A stretch of DNA of 64,000 nucleotides from the NCBI GenBank assembly GCA_963805495.1, contig CAWDUQ010000001.1:131432-195431 (forward strand). The letters run 5' to 3'. Position numbers and translations under genes: made by a program. The stretch comes from an uncultured Acidobacteriota bacterium. GTDB lineage: Bacteria; Acidobacteriota; Thermoanaerobaculia; UBA5066; Gp7-AA6. The notes below the pieces were generated by a model. That model had not been told where the DNA came from. It did not search any database and saw nothing but the letters and a program-made list of their open reading frames with translations. This document shows positions 37,077 through 47,646 of this stretch, piece by piece (position 1 is the first letter of the stretch; every line of letters starts with the position of its first letter).

Positions 37077-37087
37077 TTCTTATCGGC

Positions 37088-37205
37088 GCCTAACGGGTGG
37101 CGGGTCAGCTGCGGGCGCCCGACCGCCACGATGCCCCTCGACTCGCCACAACCATCCCTCTCGCCAAACCGCATGGCGACCGTCAGCTGCACCCGCGGGT
37201 TAGGC
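37088..37205 (-). other. attC: attC site, long class
   Basis: 118-nt. Confidence 0.85.
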
Positions 37206-37568
37206 GCCCCTTCCCTGTCGGGTTTACACGCCACGCGACACCTCGCTCGCACCAGGCCTACACCATGGGATGCGCCGGCTGGCGCGCGCCACGGATTGGC
37301 CTCCCTCTCGCCACTCGCGCGCCAGAGCGGCGCGGATTACGACGGGGGGCGGGCCGACTGTTGAGTCGTCTGATGCCCAACGAGATCCTCGACCCACGCT
37401 GCGCCCTGCTCCTGGAGCCGAGATAGTCGGCCCGCATCCCGGAGGCGGACGGCGCGCAGAACTCCTACCGATCACGCCAACCTCTCCCCTCCGGACACAA
37501 TCGCATGCCTCGCGATCGTCGACGCGACTATTCAGCCCGCGCGCCGGCCGCCGTCTTACGTGCGAAGC
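37206..37568. repeat. family A cassette body (identical to 25335-25697)
   Basis: paralog. Confidence 0.75.
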
Positions 37569-37644
37569 GCCTAACGGGTGGCGGGTCAGCGGCGAGCTCC
37601 GAGCCGAAGGCGAGGAGCGAGTCCGCTGCACCCGCGGGTTAGGC
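37569..37644 (-). other. attC: attC site
   Basis: 76-nt. Confidence 0.85.
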
Positions 37645-37660
37645 GGCGGCTCGACACAGG

Positions 37661-38062
37661 TCACGGAGTCCTCGTTTCAATAACCGGCTGCGCACGATAC
37701 AAAAGCAGGACGGGTACGCACACCACGGTTAGGGCAGGCACGCCGAACAACACGACGTAGACTGGATGACGCGGCCATTCCGCTACCAACGCTCTGATCA
37801 TGACGAGACCGAGCAGCAGGTTGGCTGCGATACCGACGCCGCGCTGCCATCGCCGTTGACCACTCACAAGGTAGGCCGCTCCAGCGATAGCCGTGACCGT
37901 CAATAGGCCCCACGGCACTCCTGCGCCGGTCGGCAACGACACTCCCCTCTTAAGAACTAGAAGCACGGTTGAGGTTGCGTAACCCAGCAACACGGCCAAC
38001 CAGATTACTCGGTTGAGCCAGAGCCAAAAGGCCGGATTCCGAAGGTGCACCAGTTCTTCCAC
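37661..38062 (-). CDS. integral membrane protein
   Basis: 133 aa. Confidence 0.5.
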   Translation of the reverse strand: MEELVHLRNPAFWLWLNRVIWLAVLLGYATSTVLLVLKRGVSLPTGAGVPWGLLTVTAIAGAAYLVSGQRRWQRGVGIAANLLLGLVMIRALVAEWPRHPVYVVLFGVPALTVVCVPVLLLYRAQPVIETRTP

Positions 38063-38080
38063 CGCTAGTTCCTACCGTCC

Positions 38081-38156
38081 GCCTAACGGGTGGCGGGTCA
38101 GCGGCGAGCGCCGTAGCGAAGCGTAGGCGCGAGTCCGCTGCACCCGCGGGTTAGGC
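38081..38156 (-). other. attC: attC site
   Basis: 76-nt. Confidence 0.85.
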
Positions 38157-38172
38157 GGCCCGGACTTCGAGA

Positions 38173-38514
38173 CTACCGAGCCAGCCATTCGACCGCCTTC
38201 CATGGATCATGGGGGTGCCTGGCTATCCCTTTCACGACGGGGAAAACGTCGAACGACTTGGGGACTCGAACGGATGGGTCCGTCACGACTACCGTGATGC
38301 TCCACCCGGCCCGGCTAAAGAAAGCGGTTCCAGCAACGGCCTTTTCGAACAGTTGCGGATGTGCTGCACCGAATCCTTCAAGGATTGCCGCTCGAGTGCG
38401 TTCGCCAATCCAGGGTCTGGCTGGATCCCACTTGCGATCCATGATCTCGCGCTTCTGCGCAGAAGGCAGCCGTCGCCACGCCAGAAAAGACTGGCGATCA
38501 CGACGCTCGCTCAT
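38173..38514 (-). CDS. hypothetical protein (113 aa)
   Basis: single ORF filling cassette. Confidence 0.5.
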   Translation of the reverse strand: MSERRDRQSFLAWRRLPSAQKREIMDRKWDPARPWIGERTRAAILEGFGAAHPQLFEKAVAGTAFFSRAGWSITVVVTDPSVRVPKSFDVFPVVKGIARHPHDPWKAVEWLAR

Positions 38515-38522
38515 TTCGGGCA

Positions 38523-38598
38523 GCCTAACGGGTGGCGGGTCAGCGGCGAGCCCCGTAGCGAAGCGCAGGGGCGAGTCCGCTGCACCCGCGGGTTAGGC
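38523..38598 (-). other. attC: attC site
   Basis: 76-nt. Confidence 0.85.
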
Positions 38599-38608
38599 GG
38601 CCCTTGCA

Positions 38609-38944
38609 TCAAGGCTCTAGAAGCGCGCCGAGCTTGCCAAGGACTTCATCCTTCGCGTCGGCAGGAAGGCGGCCTGCAAACTCCGCCTCTCGCGCGCGCC
38701 AATCCAAGCTCTTGACCTGATCAGCAAGAACGACCCCACCAACCGAAAGACCCTCCGGTACCGAAACTTCAAAGGGATAACCCTTCACTTGACTCGTGAT
38801 CGGACAGAACAGGCCGAGACCGACCTTTCCGTTGTACGACTTGGGCGATACGACAACGGCCGGTCTGCGCCCCGCCTGCTCGTGGCCAGCTTGAGGATTC
38901 AGGCTGATCCAAACGATGTCGCCGCGCTCGGGCACGTACGGCAT
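38609..38944 (-). CDS. mazF: MazF toxin (duplicate cassette)
   Basis: identical to 18143..18478. Confidence 0.9.
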   Translation of the reverse strand: MPYVPERGDIVWISLNPQAGHEQAGRRPAVVVSPKSYNGKVGLGLFCPITSQVKGYPFEVSVPEGLSVGGVVLADQVKSLDWRAREAEFAGRLPADAKDEVLGKLGALLEP

Positions 38945-38950
38945 CTGTGC

Positions 38951-39190
38951 TTACCAGGACTCCCGGCCAACCGGCTGCCCAGAGTCCGCCTCGGCATGCC
39001 GGTTCCGCATCGTCACCTTGGAAACGAGCGTTCGCAGCTCCCACCGCGGTCGAACTGCTGAGAATCGCAGACTCCCCTTCTCCAGAGACACCTCGACCTC
39101 CGTTGCCAGTTTCAAACCTGCACCCTCCGCGAAGGGCTTGGGAATTCGCACCGCGAGACTGTTTCCCCACTTCTGGACCTTCGTCCTCAT
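38951..39190 (-). CDS. mazE: MazE antitoxin (duplicate cassette)
   Basis: identical to 18485..18724. Confidence 0.85.
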   Translation of the reverse strand: MRTKVQKWGNSLAVRIPKPFAEGAGLKLATEVEVSLEKGSLRFSAVRPRWELRTLVSKVTMRNRHAEADSGQPVGRESW

Positions 39191-39251
39191 GACACCTCCG
39201 TATCTACAATGAGTCTACCATGAAGCAAGAGCCGCAGGGTTACTTCGGGCC

Positions 39252-39327
39252 GCCTAACGGCCAGCGCATCAGCGGCGAGCGAAGAGCCGAAGGCGATGAG
39301 CGAGTCCGCTGCATGCGCGTGTTAGGC
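39252..39327 (-). other. attC: attC site
   Basis: 76-nt. Confidence 0.85.
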
Positions 39328-39726
39328 CACCCTTACTCGCGGTCTGAGCCGCTCCCCAAGCCACCAACCGACAACACATGCAATACAGAGGCTGACAACC
39401 TGCGTGACGCCAGGGCCGTGTGACGAACCGCCAGTGAGCAGCCCGAGACCGAAAAGCCCTAACAGCGAAACCACCACGAGCCCAATAATCCAGGAGACAC
39501 GCTTTCCGCCCGCGGCCGCGCATCCCAGGAGGAGCCCTGCAACCAAACCGCCTACGGCCCGCGGAAGGCTAAGCAGTACTGGCACCATTGCTTCAGCATT
39601 GCTCGCGTTCACGCCGTCAAGCGTACGAGGGAGTAAACGGACAGTCGCCAAGTAGACCGCGGTCCCTACCCAGGAACCGATGGCAACCGCGCCAAAGACA
39701 AGGAGTACGGAACGCAGCTTCGTCAT
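39322..39726 (-). CDS. integral membrane protein
   Basis: 134 aa. Confidence 0.5.
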   Translation of the reverse strand: MTKLRSVLLVFGAVAIGSWVGTAVYLATVRLLPRTLDGVNASNAEAMVPVLLSLPRAVGGLVAGLLLGCAAAGGKRVSWIIGLVVVSLLGLFGLGLLTGGSSHGPGVTQVVSLCIACVVGWWLGERLRPRVRVA

Positions 39727-39752
39727 GGTCTCGATCGCCGTGCTGTCAGGTG

Positions 39753-39828
39753 GCCTAACGGGTGGCGGGTCAGCGGCGCGTGAAGAGCCGAAGGCGATGA
39801 ACGCGTCCGCTGCACCCGCGGGTTAGGC
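39753..39828 (-). other. attC: attC site
   Basis: 76-nt. Confidence 0.85.
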
Positions 39829-40039
39829 GGCGCTTCACCGCCACGATGACCTGCAGCCGACCGCCTCTCCTGCCTTACGCCCACGACCGCACTTCTCGGG
39901 GCGCCACGAATGCCCCTTGAAAAGAGACACCGCCACGACCGCATTCGCAACTATCGTTGTCGACCCCGGCGCTTCGCCACGCTGAAAAAGCCCTGGGCAG
40001 GAGGGCGTGACTCGGGGCCCTCATTGCTCCCCACCGTCC
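39829..40039. repeat. family B cassette body
   Basis: paralog. Confidence 0.75.
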
Positions 40040-40115
40040 GCCTAACGGGTGGCGGGTCAGCGGCGCGTGAAGAGCCGAAGGCGATGAACGCGTCCGCTGC
40101 ACCCGCGGGTTAGGC
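40040..40115 (-). other. attC: attC site
   Basis: 76-nt. Confidence 0.85.
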
Positions 40116-40326
40116 GGCGCTTCACCGCCACGATGACCTGCAGCCGACCGCCTCTCCTGCCTTACGCCCACGACCGCACTTCTCGGGGCGCCACGAATGC
40201 CCCTTGAAAAGAGACACCGCCACGACCGCATTCGCAACTATCGTTGTCGACCCCGGCGCTTCGCCACGCTGAAAAAGCCCTGGGCAGGAGGGCGTGACTC
40301 GGGGCCCTCATTTCTCCCCCACGTCC
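40116..40326. repeat. family B cassette body
   Basis: paralog. Confidence 0.75.
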
Positions 40327-40402
40327 GCCTAACGGGTGGCGGGTCAGCGGCGAGCCCCGAAGCGAAGCGCAGGGGCGAGTCCGCTGCACCCGCGGGTTAG
40401 GC
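40327..40402 (-). other. attC: attC site
   Basis: 76-nt. Confidence 0.85.
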
Positions 40403-40409
40403 GGCAGCC

Positions 40410-40856
40410 TCATGGGAGTTCGTGGAGCGTAGCCTTGCCCACCTCGTCGAACGCAAGCACGCGGAACTGAAATCCACAGCACGCAAGGTGCCCGAACTCT
40501 CGAACTCCACTGCCACTTAAGGCGCCGACCGCTACCACGCCGACCTCTCTTGTTCCCAGGTCAGACTGAAGAGAGGGCAGATCGCTGTACTTGCGAATGA
40601 CTCCGGAGGATGTGTTCTCACGCCAGTGATCATCGAACTCCACCCACGTTCGCGGTTCGCAGTGCTCACCGACAAATATCGAAGTCTCATAACCGGCGTA
40701 GTAGGTCGCACGGACTCGCACGACTTGACCGAGGTACTTGGCAGGCTGAGCCACGAGATCGCAGTATTCAACTACGGTTCGCTCCTCTTGCGTCGTAGAA
40801 CGAGGTTGCGTTGAGCACGCTGTCGATAGCGCTAAAGCGACTGCCACGACGGCGGT
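40410..40856 (-). CDS. lipoprotein (start uncertain)
   Basis: AVALALSTAC lipobox-like leader. Confidence 0.5.
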   Translation of the reverse strand, partial: TAVVAVALALSTACSTQPRSTTQEERTVVEYCDLVAQPAKYLGQVVRVRATYYAGYETSIFVGEHCEPRTWVEFDDHWRENTSSGVIRKYSDLPSLQSDLGTREVGVVAVGALSGSGVREFGHLACCGFQFRVLAFDEVGKATLHELP

Positions 40857-40865
40857 GATTCTGCC

Positions 40866-40941
40866 GCCTAACGGGTGGCGGGTCAGCGGCGAGCGCCGAG
40901 CCGAAGGCGAGGAGCGAGTCCGCTGCACCCGCGGGTTAGGC
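40866..40941 (-). other. attC: attC site
   Basis: 76-nt. Confidence 0.85.
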
Positions 40942-40950
40942 GGCCGCTGC

Positions 40951-41208
40951 CTAACGGCCTGGCGCCGGAACGCCGCGCAGTATTCCAGCAACGCTGAGGT
41001 CTTCATCAACGTCGGGCCAGTGGATTCCCTCGCCATCGCCCAGCAGTTCCCACTTATTCCGTTGTGCGGGCGAGGCGTGAAGTAGCCGCGGAAACCACGC
41101 AAGGGGGACACTCACCCGGCGTCCATCGGCCAGGGCCACGGTCAGTTCGTTTTCCGTGACCTCGACCTGCTGCGCACGGGGATTTGCTTCAACGACCGAA
41201 GAACTCAT
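40951..41208 (-). CDS. DUF2442-family protein (3rd copy)
   Basis: 85 aa. Confidence 0.7.
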   Translation of the reverse strand: MSSSVVEANPRAQQVEVTENELTVALADGRRVSVPLAWFPRLLHASPAQRNKWELLGDGEGIHWPDVDEDLSVAGILRGVPAPGR

Positions 41209-41425
41209 TCCACGCCTCCAAGAATCGCGCCTGGTTCTCCCCTACGATACGCTCGACTGCTCGCAGTTCGGGAGCCGAGAACCTTCCCGAAGAGGCCAAG
41301 GCTACCGGATCCAGCCAAAACTTGGCCATTTTCCGGTCGTGTTGCACGTGTACATGCGCCGGTTCGTCCCCTTCGTTGCTGAAGAAGAAGAACCTGTATG
41401 GGCCGATGTTGGCGATCCTGGGCAA
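41189..41425 (-). CDS. DUF4160-family protein (3rd copy)
   Basis: 78 aa. Confidence 0.7.
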   Translation of the reverse strand: MPRIANIGPYRFFFFSNEGDEPAHVHVQHDRKMAKFWLDPVALASSGRFSAPELRAVERIVGENQARFLEAWNEFFGR

Positions 41426-41493
41426 ATCTGTCTCCCCATCAAGGAGGCGAATTCCAAGTCATGGTAGCTCACACCGCGAGAGGACTTCGGCCC

Positions 41494-41569
41494 GCCTAAC
41501 GGGTGGCGGGTCAGCGGCGAGTGACGAGCCGAAGGCGAGGAACGAGTCCGCTGCACCCGCGGGTTAGGC
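41494..41569 (-). other. attC: attC site
   Basis: 76-nt. Confidence 0.85.
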
Positions 41570-41783
41570 GGCGCTTCACCGCCGCCGTGACCTGCAGCCG
41601 AAAGCCTTTCGGGACCTACGCCCATGACGGTGCTTCTCCGGGAGCCACCACAGCCTCATACATGGAGACACCGCAGCTCGCTCCGCGTTCGGAACTATCG
41701 TTGTCGACCCTAGCGCCCCGCCACGATGGAAAAGCCCTGGGCAGGAGGGCGTGACTCGGGGCCCTCATTGCTCCGGCACGCCC
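41570..41783. repeat. family B cassette body
   Basis: paralog. Confidence 0.75.
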
Positions 41784-41859
41784 GCCTAACGGGTGGCGGG
41801 TCAGCGGCGAGTGACGAGCCGAAGGCGAGGAACGAGTCCGCTGCACCCGCGGGTTAGGC
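41784..41859 (-). other. attC: attC site
   Basis: 76-nt. Confidence 0.85.
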
Positions 41860-42072
41860 GGCGCTTCACCGCCACGATGCTGAGCCACCGACCGGCTTTC
41901 AGCGCCTATGCCCACGGCCAACCTTCTTTGGGAGCCACGACAGCCTCACGAATAGAGACACCGCAACTCCCCCGCGTTCGCGACTATCGTTGTCGACACG
42001 GGCGCCTCGCCACTCTGGAAAAGCCCTGGGCAGGAGGGCGTGACTCGGGGCCCTCATTGCTCCGGAACGCCC
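41860..42072. repeat. family B cassette body
   Basis: paralog. Confidence 0.75.
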
Positions 42073-42148
42073 GCCTAACGGGTGGCGGGTCAGCGGCTCG
42101 TGAGGCGCCGAAGGCGCCGAACGAGTCCGCTGCACCCGCGGGTTAGGC
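42073..42148 (-). other. attC: attC site
   Basis: 76-nt. Confidence 0.85.
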
Positions 42149-42167
42149 CGCGGGAAATTGGCTCCCC

Positions 42168-42695
42168 TCATGGCGATTGCCGATACGGCAGCGGCTCGGC
42201 CCGTAGCATTAGCGTTGGAATGGCGAGGCCGGGATGCTTGCGCTGGAGTCTAGCTCTGTCACTTGCGCCCAGGCTGCGGCTGTCGTCGTTGTGATACGTG
42301 ACGACAAGCAGATATCGGCGCCCCGCCTCGAGACCGTACCGCTCGTTCCCGTCGACCGTTAGTACAAATCGGTTTTCAACCGAGAGATCGAGCTCCGTCC
42401 CGAAGACTCTCGCCCCAGGGTCTTGACGCGCGCCTATTACCTGGAAGTCCGCTCCCGTTGGGCTTGGGCAGCCGGCTCGAGGACCGAGATGTCCAATCGC
42501 GGCTCCACTGGCGTCCTGAATCTCGACTTCGAGATAGCACCCGAGCGTGGTTTTCGGCGTAACGAGTACCGGCGCCGTCCCTGTCGCGACGATCAGAACC
42601 TGAAGGAAGTGTCCCCGCACGATCTGCGGCCGTAGCTCAAATGACCCAGCTAGAGAAGCGGCAGCGGCCAACGTGTTGAGAAGAAGCACCGTCAC
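42168..42695 (-). CDS. secreted hypothetical protein (175 aa)
   Basis: signal peptide. Confidence 0.5.
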   Translation of the reverse strand: MTVLLLNTLAAAASLAGSFELRPQIVRGHFLQVLIVATGTAPVLVTPKTTLGCYLEVEIQDASGAAIGHLGPRAGCPSPTGADFQVIGARQDPGARVFGTELDLSVENRFVLTVDGNERYGLEAGRRYLLVVTYHNDDSRSLGASDRARLQRKHPGLAIPTLMLRAEPLPYRQSP

Positions 42696-42703
42696 TTCAC
42701 GCG

Positions 42704-42779
42704 GCCTAACGGGTGGCGGGTCAGCGGCGAGCCCCCGAGCGAAGCGAGGGGGCGAGTCCGCTGCACCCGCGGGTTAGGC
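42704..42779 (-). other. attC: attC site
   Basis: 76-nt. Confidence 0.85.
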
Positions 42780-42810
42780 GGCGGGAACTGACCAGCAGTA
42801 ACGGAATCCT

Positions 42811-43257
42811 TCATGGTTGCCGTTCAGCGCTTTCTTGCCCGGCAGCCTCACGGATCGCGCCAACGGCCGGACCTTCCCAGCCTGACCGGGGGATGAACCG
42901 AATACTTCGCCCGAACGTCGTCGGAGACTTGAACTCGATCACCACGGTCACCGGACTTAGAAAAGGAACCTGTGTCACTCGTAACACCTCGCTGAGCGGC
43001 ACGCGGGCTGTCCTCCTGAAGTTGCCGATCACGAGGTCCTCATCATCCTTCGAGACGACCTTGAGACGCAGACAGGCCCACCAGATGAAGACTGAGCCGG
43101 CTATGGTGACCGCCGGGAAAATGATCCGAAAGTAGGGTGGCGCCGCGTCGAACGCTCCCGTGAAGATCATGATGTCGGTCGCGAGAAACCCGCCGATCCA
43201 CCAGATCGGAAACCAGATCTTCCACCACGCTGTTAGTCGGCTCGACAGCTTCTCCAA
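42811..43257 (-). CDS. integral membrane protein
   Basis: 148 aa. Confidence 0.5.
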   Translation of the reverse strand: MEKLSSRLTAWWKIWFPIWWIGGFLATDIMIFTGAFDAAPPYFRIIFPAVTIAGSVFIWWACLRLKVVSKDDEDLVIGNFRRTARVPLSEVLRVTQVPFLSPVTVVIEFKSPTTFGRSIRFIPRSGWEGPAVGAIREAAGQESAERQP

Positions 43258-43277
43258 GGGCGCTAGCTCCTTCCGAC

Positions 43278-43395
43278 GCCTAACGGGTGGCGCATAAGCT
43301 GCGGGCGCCCGACCGCCATCAGATCCCTGAACACACCACGAGCTTCCCTTCCGACGGAGTGCAGGGCGACCGTCAGCTTCATGCGCGTGTTAGGC
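43278..43395 (-). other. attC: attC site, long class
   Basis: 118-nt. Confidence 0.85.
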
Positions 43396-43758
43396 GCCCT
43401 CCCTCCTTCGGGTTTACACGCCACGCGACACCTCGCTCACCTCAGGCCGCGACCACAGGATGCGCCGGCTGGCGCGCGCCTCGGATTGTCCTCTCTCTCG
43501 CCACTCGCGCGCCAGAGCGGCGCGGATTACGACGGGGGGCGGGCCGACAGATAAGTCGTCTGATGCCTCGCCCCCACAAAATGCCACGCTGCGGTTCGTT
43601 CCTGGAGCCGAGATAGTCGGCCCGCATCCCGGAGGCGGACGGCGCGCAGAACTTTTACCGATTACGCCAGCCTCTCCCCTCCGGACACAATCGCAAGCCT
43701 GTCGATCGTCGACGAGACTACTCAGCCCGCGCGCCGGCCGCCGTCTTGAGTCCGAAGC
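43396..43758. repeat. family A cassette body
   Basis: paralog. Confidence 0.75.
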
Positions 43759-43876
43759 GCCTAACGGGTGGCGGGTCAGGTGCGGGCGCCCCACCGCCAC
43801 GAGGTTCCTGGACTGCCCATCATCTTCCCTCTCGCCAAACCGCATGGCGACCGTCAGCTGCACCCGCGGGTTAGGC
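43759..43876 (-). other. attC: attC site, long class
   Basis: 118-nt. Confidence 0.85.
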
Positions 43877-44254
43877 GCCCTATCCCTTACGGATTTACAC
43901 GCCACGCGACACCTCGCTCGCCCCAGGCTCTGACCGCGGGATGCGGCGGGCTGGCGCGCCCACGCCTCGCCTTCCCTTTCGCTCCTCGCGCGCCAGGCCG
44001 ACGCGGATCACGACGGGGGGCGGGCCGACTCTTGAACCGTCTGAAGCCACGGCCTCGCCCCATGACAGATCCGCCCTGTTCCTGACACCACGATCGTCGG
44101 CCCGCATCCCGGAGGCGGTCGGCGCGCTGGTGACCACGTCGAATCCGCCAACATTCACCTTCCGCCACCATCCGACGTGCGGCTGCTGCCACGAACCCTG
44201 CCCAAGCCTGCTGCTTTCCGACAAAGCGCCGGCCGCCGTCTTAAGTGCCATTGC
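43877..44254. repeat. family A cassette body (divergent copy)
   Basis: paralog about 70% identity. Confidence 0.6.
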
Positions 44255-44330
44255 GCCTAACGGGTGGCGGGTCAGCGGCGCGTGAAGAGCCGAAGGCGAT
44301 GAACGCGTCCGCTGCACCCGCGGGTTAGGC
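44255..44330 (-). other. attC: attC site
   Basis: 76-nt. Confidence 0.85.
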
Positions 44331-44795
44331 GGCCACACTTGTAGGCCTCCAGAGTCTTAGCAGCAGTATGACCGAGCATCCGGCGGCCAGAACGCAGACG
44401 GCTGCCAATGGCGCGGGATGCCGAAGAGGGACCCAAGCGTCCCATGGAGATACTACCGCGTCACCTCTGACTGCCATCATCACGAACCAAGGAGCGGTGA
44501 CCACAATGAGAATGATCGCTCCATCGAGCAATGCTCTTGACATCGGCCGCGTCGCCTCACGTCTCACGATCAGGATCGCACACGCAAGTAGGCAGAGGAC
44601 AAAAGTAGTGATTAGCGTTGCGCGGAATGCATGCGAGATGACATCTTCGAGCCGGATTGTGGTCTGCCCCTCTATCCTGAGCCCCTGTCGGGACATTGTG
44701 CGACCAATGGACCGAAAGTAGGTAGCCGGGAGAGCAAGGGGCCAGAGCGAGCAGACCACGGCAGCTATTCCGTACCGCCCGCGACCGTCACGCAT
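44325..44795 (-). CDS. integral membrane protein
   Basis: 156 aa. Confidence 0.5.
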   Translation of the reverse strand: MRDGRGRYGIAAVVCSLWPLALPATYFRSIGRTMSRQGLRIEGQTTIRLEDVISHAFRATLITTFVLCLLACAILIVRREATRPMSRALLDGAIILIVVTAPWFVMMAVRGDAVVSPWDAWVPLRHPAPLAAVCVLAAGCSVILLLRLWRPTSVAA

Positions 44796-44808
44796 GTGAC
44801 TTTCGGCC

Positions 44809-44884
44809 GCCTAACGGGCGGCGGGTCAGCGGCGAGTGACGAGCCGAAGGCGAGGAACGAGTCCGCTGCACCCGCGGGTTAGGC
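44809..44884 (-). other. attC: attC site
   Basis: 76-nt. Confidence 0.85.
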
Positions 44885-45098
44885 GGCGCTTCACCGCCAG
44901 GATGCCCTGCCACCACCCCACCACGTTGACTCACGCCCACCGCCTCCATTGGTTGGGCACCACGACGGCCCCATTTCTGGGGACACCGCAACCCGGTCGC
45001 TGCCGGGAAGTTTCGTTGTCGACCATCGTGCCCTGCCACCATGGAAAGGCCTTGGGCAGGAGGGCGTGACTCGGGGACCTCATTTCCCCGGGACGCCC
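44885..45098. repeat. family B cassette body (divergent)
   Basis: paralog. Confidence 0.6.
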
Positions 45099-45174
45099 GC
45101 CTAACGGGTGGCGCGTCAGCGGCGAGCGAGGAGCCGAAGGCGACGAGCGAGTCCGCTGCACGCGCGTGTTAGGC
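45099..45174 (-). other. attC: attC site
   Basis: 76-nt. Confidence 0.85.
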
Positions 45175-45199
45175 GGCTCGGCGTCACTCACTTGGTTCG

Positions 45200-45780
45200 T
45201 CATTTCGATGATTCCGCGCTGCGATTCTCCAGGGTGAGTGATCTGATGACTTGCATTAGCTTTGGCTTGACTCGCCTGCCCCGCTCGTCACCGGCTTTGT
45301 CGTGGTCCACCCCGCGATGCTCCTCTACGACTGCCATGATCACGAAGCATCCGGAGGTGAGTGGCGTTGTAAGTATGTCTGCCACGATCGAATTACTAGT
45401 CCAGGCGTCGCCGCTGTAAAAGCTGTAGAAACGCCTGTTCCCAACGGCCACGGTCAAGCTACTAGCCCCGACTTCACTCAGGGCGCTACCGGGATGGCAC
45501 CACTCGTCACCCTCGGTTCCAATCGCCACGAATGCTCGAACGATAGTCGAGCCCTCAAGCTCGGACTCAGGAATGGAGATCGTCACAGCTTCTTTTGGCC
45601 AGCCCAAGACTCCGTAGGACGACAGATCAGCCGTGCCTAGGATCATTGATGACGGATAGAGAAGCGACAGACCTAGCGCAGGGTTTCGGTAGGTCAGCCA
45701 GCCCTTTTTCTGTGCCGCGACCGGGGATCTCGCGACAAAGCCCGCTAGGAAGATACTGGCGCACATTAAAGCGCCCACTC
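45200..45780 (-). CDS. secreted hypothetical protein (start uncertain)
   Basis: about 190 aa, signal peptide. Confidence 0.5.
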
Positions 45781-45790
45781 GCCACCAGCC

Positions 45791-45866
45791 GCCTAACGGG
45801 TGGCGGGTCAGCGGCTCGTGAGGCGCCGAAGGCGCCGAACGAGTCCGCTGCACCCGCGGGTTAGGC
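45791..45866 (-). other. attC: attC site
   Basis: 76-nt. Confidence 0.85.
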
Positions 45867-45873
45867 AACCGGC

Positions 45874-46260
45874 TCACACGACCACCAATTGCGCCAACTC
45901 CAGGTAGTACTCATCGAAATCAAGAATGCTGACGCCTCCCTGCGAGACGAGCACTGCCCCACAAAAAGTGTGCGGGCTGCAAAAGAGAATCGCGGTTGCC
46001 TTCAGCTCCCGGATTCTGTTCTTGGACACGCGGACATATCCGTCAAGGGATTTGCCGACCGCTACGAATCGGCCGTCTGCAGCCACCAGTGTGACTTCAA
46101 CCCCTGACAGGTCGACCGGAGGCTGACTGCGAGCCAAGCGGACGTGAAACAGCACGTCTGGGCTTTGCGCAAGGGCGAGAGGCCTCGCCATGGGAGGAGC
46201 CGCCTGAGAACACGCCGTCATCACCAACAGGAGACAGAGACTTGTGAGGCCGCGCCGCCC
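45874..46260 (-). CDS. lipoprotein (start uncertain)
   Basis: LLLVMTAC lipobox. Confidence 0.5.
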   Translation of the reverse strand, partial: GRRGLTSLCLLLVMTACSQAAPPMARPLALAQSPDVLFHVRLARSQPPVDLSGVEVTLVAADGRFVAVGKSLDGYVRVSKNRIRELKATAILFCSPHTFCGAVLVSQGGVSILDFDEYYLELAQLVVV

Positions 46261-46266
46261 TCGGTT

Positions 46267-46342
46267 GCCTAACGGGTGGCGGGTCAGCGGCGAGCGCCGT
46301 AGCGAAGCGTAGGCGCGAGTCTGCTGCACCCGCGGGTTAGGC
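46267..46342 (-). other. attC: attC site
   Basis: 76-nt. Confidence 0.85.
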
Positions 46343-46351
46343 GGCGGCACT

Positions 46352-46790
46352 TCAGTGCCTCGCTTGGCCATCACTGGACGGGTTGGGAACTGCATCGTGC
46401 CCCTGGCCAGTCCACCATGCCTCCCAACGTGAAGCCTCTACTCCGAAATCGTGACCCGTCACGCGTTTGAGCGCTTCGGCACAGTGAGCCGTCGTATCGA
46501 TCATTAGTGTGACGCCCGGCGAACCCTCGAGTGGCGCCGGTGGGTACAGCTTGAGCGCATAAATCAATGAAGGCACCGATGCTTCCGTGCCAACTCGATC
46601 CAGAGTAAGACATGCGTCGTGGACCAATCGCCCGCGCCAGATCCAACATTCCGCCACCTCCCGTGCCTGCGACTTCGTCCACTCGCCACGTGGTTCTGGG
46701 CAACCAGCCACGTCCGGTTCTGGCTGCTGCTTGCTAGCGCTGCAGTTGACGAAGCACGCCAACACCAGCGCCGTCGCCGTTATGAGCTTT
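46352..46790 (-). CDS. secreted hypothetical protein (start uncertain)
   Basis: signal peptide, Cys-rich. Confidence 0.5.
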
Positions 46791-46795
46791 CCGCC

Positions 46796-46871
46796 GCCTA
46801 ACGGGTGGCGGGTCAGCGGCGAGCGCCGTAGCGAAGCGCAGGCGCGAGTCCGCTGCACCCGCGGGTTAGGC
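46796..46871 (-). other. attC: attC site
   Basis: 76-nt. Confidence 0.85.
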
Positions 46872-47085
46872 GGCGCTTCACCGCCACGATGACCTGCAGC
46901 CGAAAGCCTTTCGGGACCTACGCCCATGACGGTGGTTCTCCGGGAGCCACGACCGCCCCACACATAGAGACACCGTAACTCGCCACGGGTCCAGAACTAT
47001 CGTTGTCGACCCGAGTGCGTCGCCACGCTGGAAAGGCCTTGGGCAGGAAGGCGTGGCTCGGAGACCTCATTTCCCCGGGACGCCC
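46872..47085. repeat. family B cassette body
   Basis: paralog. Confidence 0.75.
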
Positions 47086-47203
47086 GCCTAACGGGTGGCG
47101 GGTCAGCTGCGGGCGCCCTGCAGAGTTGAGACCCCTGACCTCGCGACAACTTCCCTTGTGCGGCAACGCCAGGGCGACCGTCAGCTGCACCCGCGGGTTA
47201 GGC
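47086..47203 (-). other. attC: attC site, long class
   Basis: 118-nt. Confidence 0.85.
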
Positions 47204-47566
47204 GCCCCTTCCCTGTCGGGTTTACACACCACGCGACACCTCGCTCGTACCAGGCCTCGTCCACGGGATGCGCCGGCTGGCGCGCGCCTCGGATTGTCGT
47301 CCCTCTCGCCACTCGCGCGCCAGAGCGGCGCGGATTGAGCCGGGGGGCGGGCCGACTGTTGAGTCGTCTGATGCCAGGCCGAGCCCGATCGCCACGCTGC
47401 GTCCTGCTCCTGGAGTCGAGGTAGTCGGCCCGCATCCCGGAGGCGGACGGCGCGCAGAACTTCTACCGATTACGACCAACTCTCCCCTCCGGACACAATC
47501 GCAAGCCCCGCGATCGTCGACGCGACTATTCAGCCCGCGCGCCGGCCGCCGTCTTACGTCCGAAGC
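47204..47566. repeat. family A cassette body
   Basis: paralog. Confidence 0.75.
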
Positions 47567-47642
47567 GCCTAACGGGTGGCGGGTCAGCGGCGAGCGCCGT
47601 AGCGAAGCGTAGGCGCGAGTCCGCTGCACCCGCGGGTTAGGC
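47567..47642 (-). other. attC: attC site
   Basis: 76-nt. Confidence 0.85.
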
Positions 47643-47646
47643 GGCC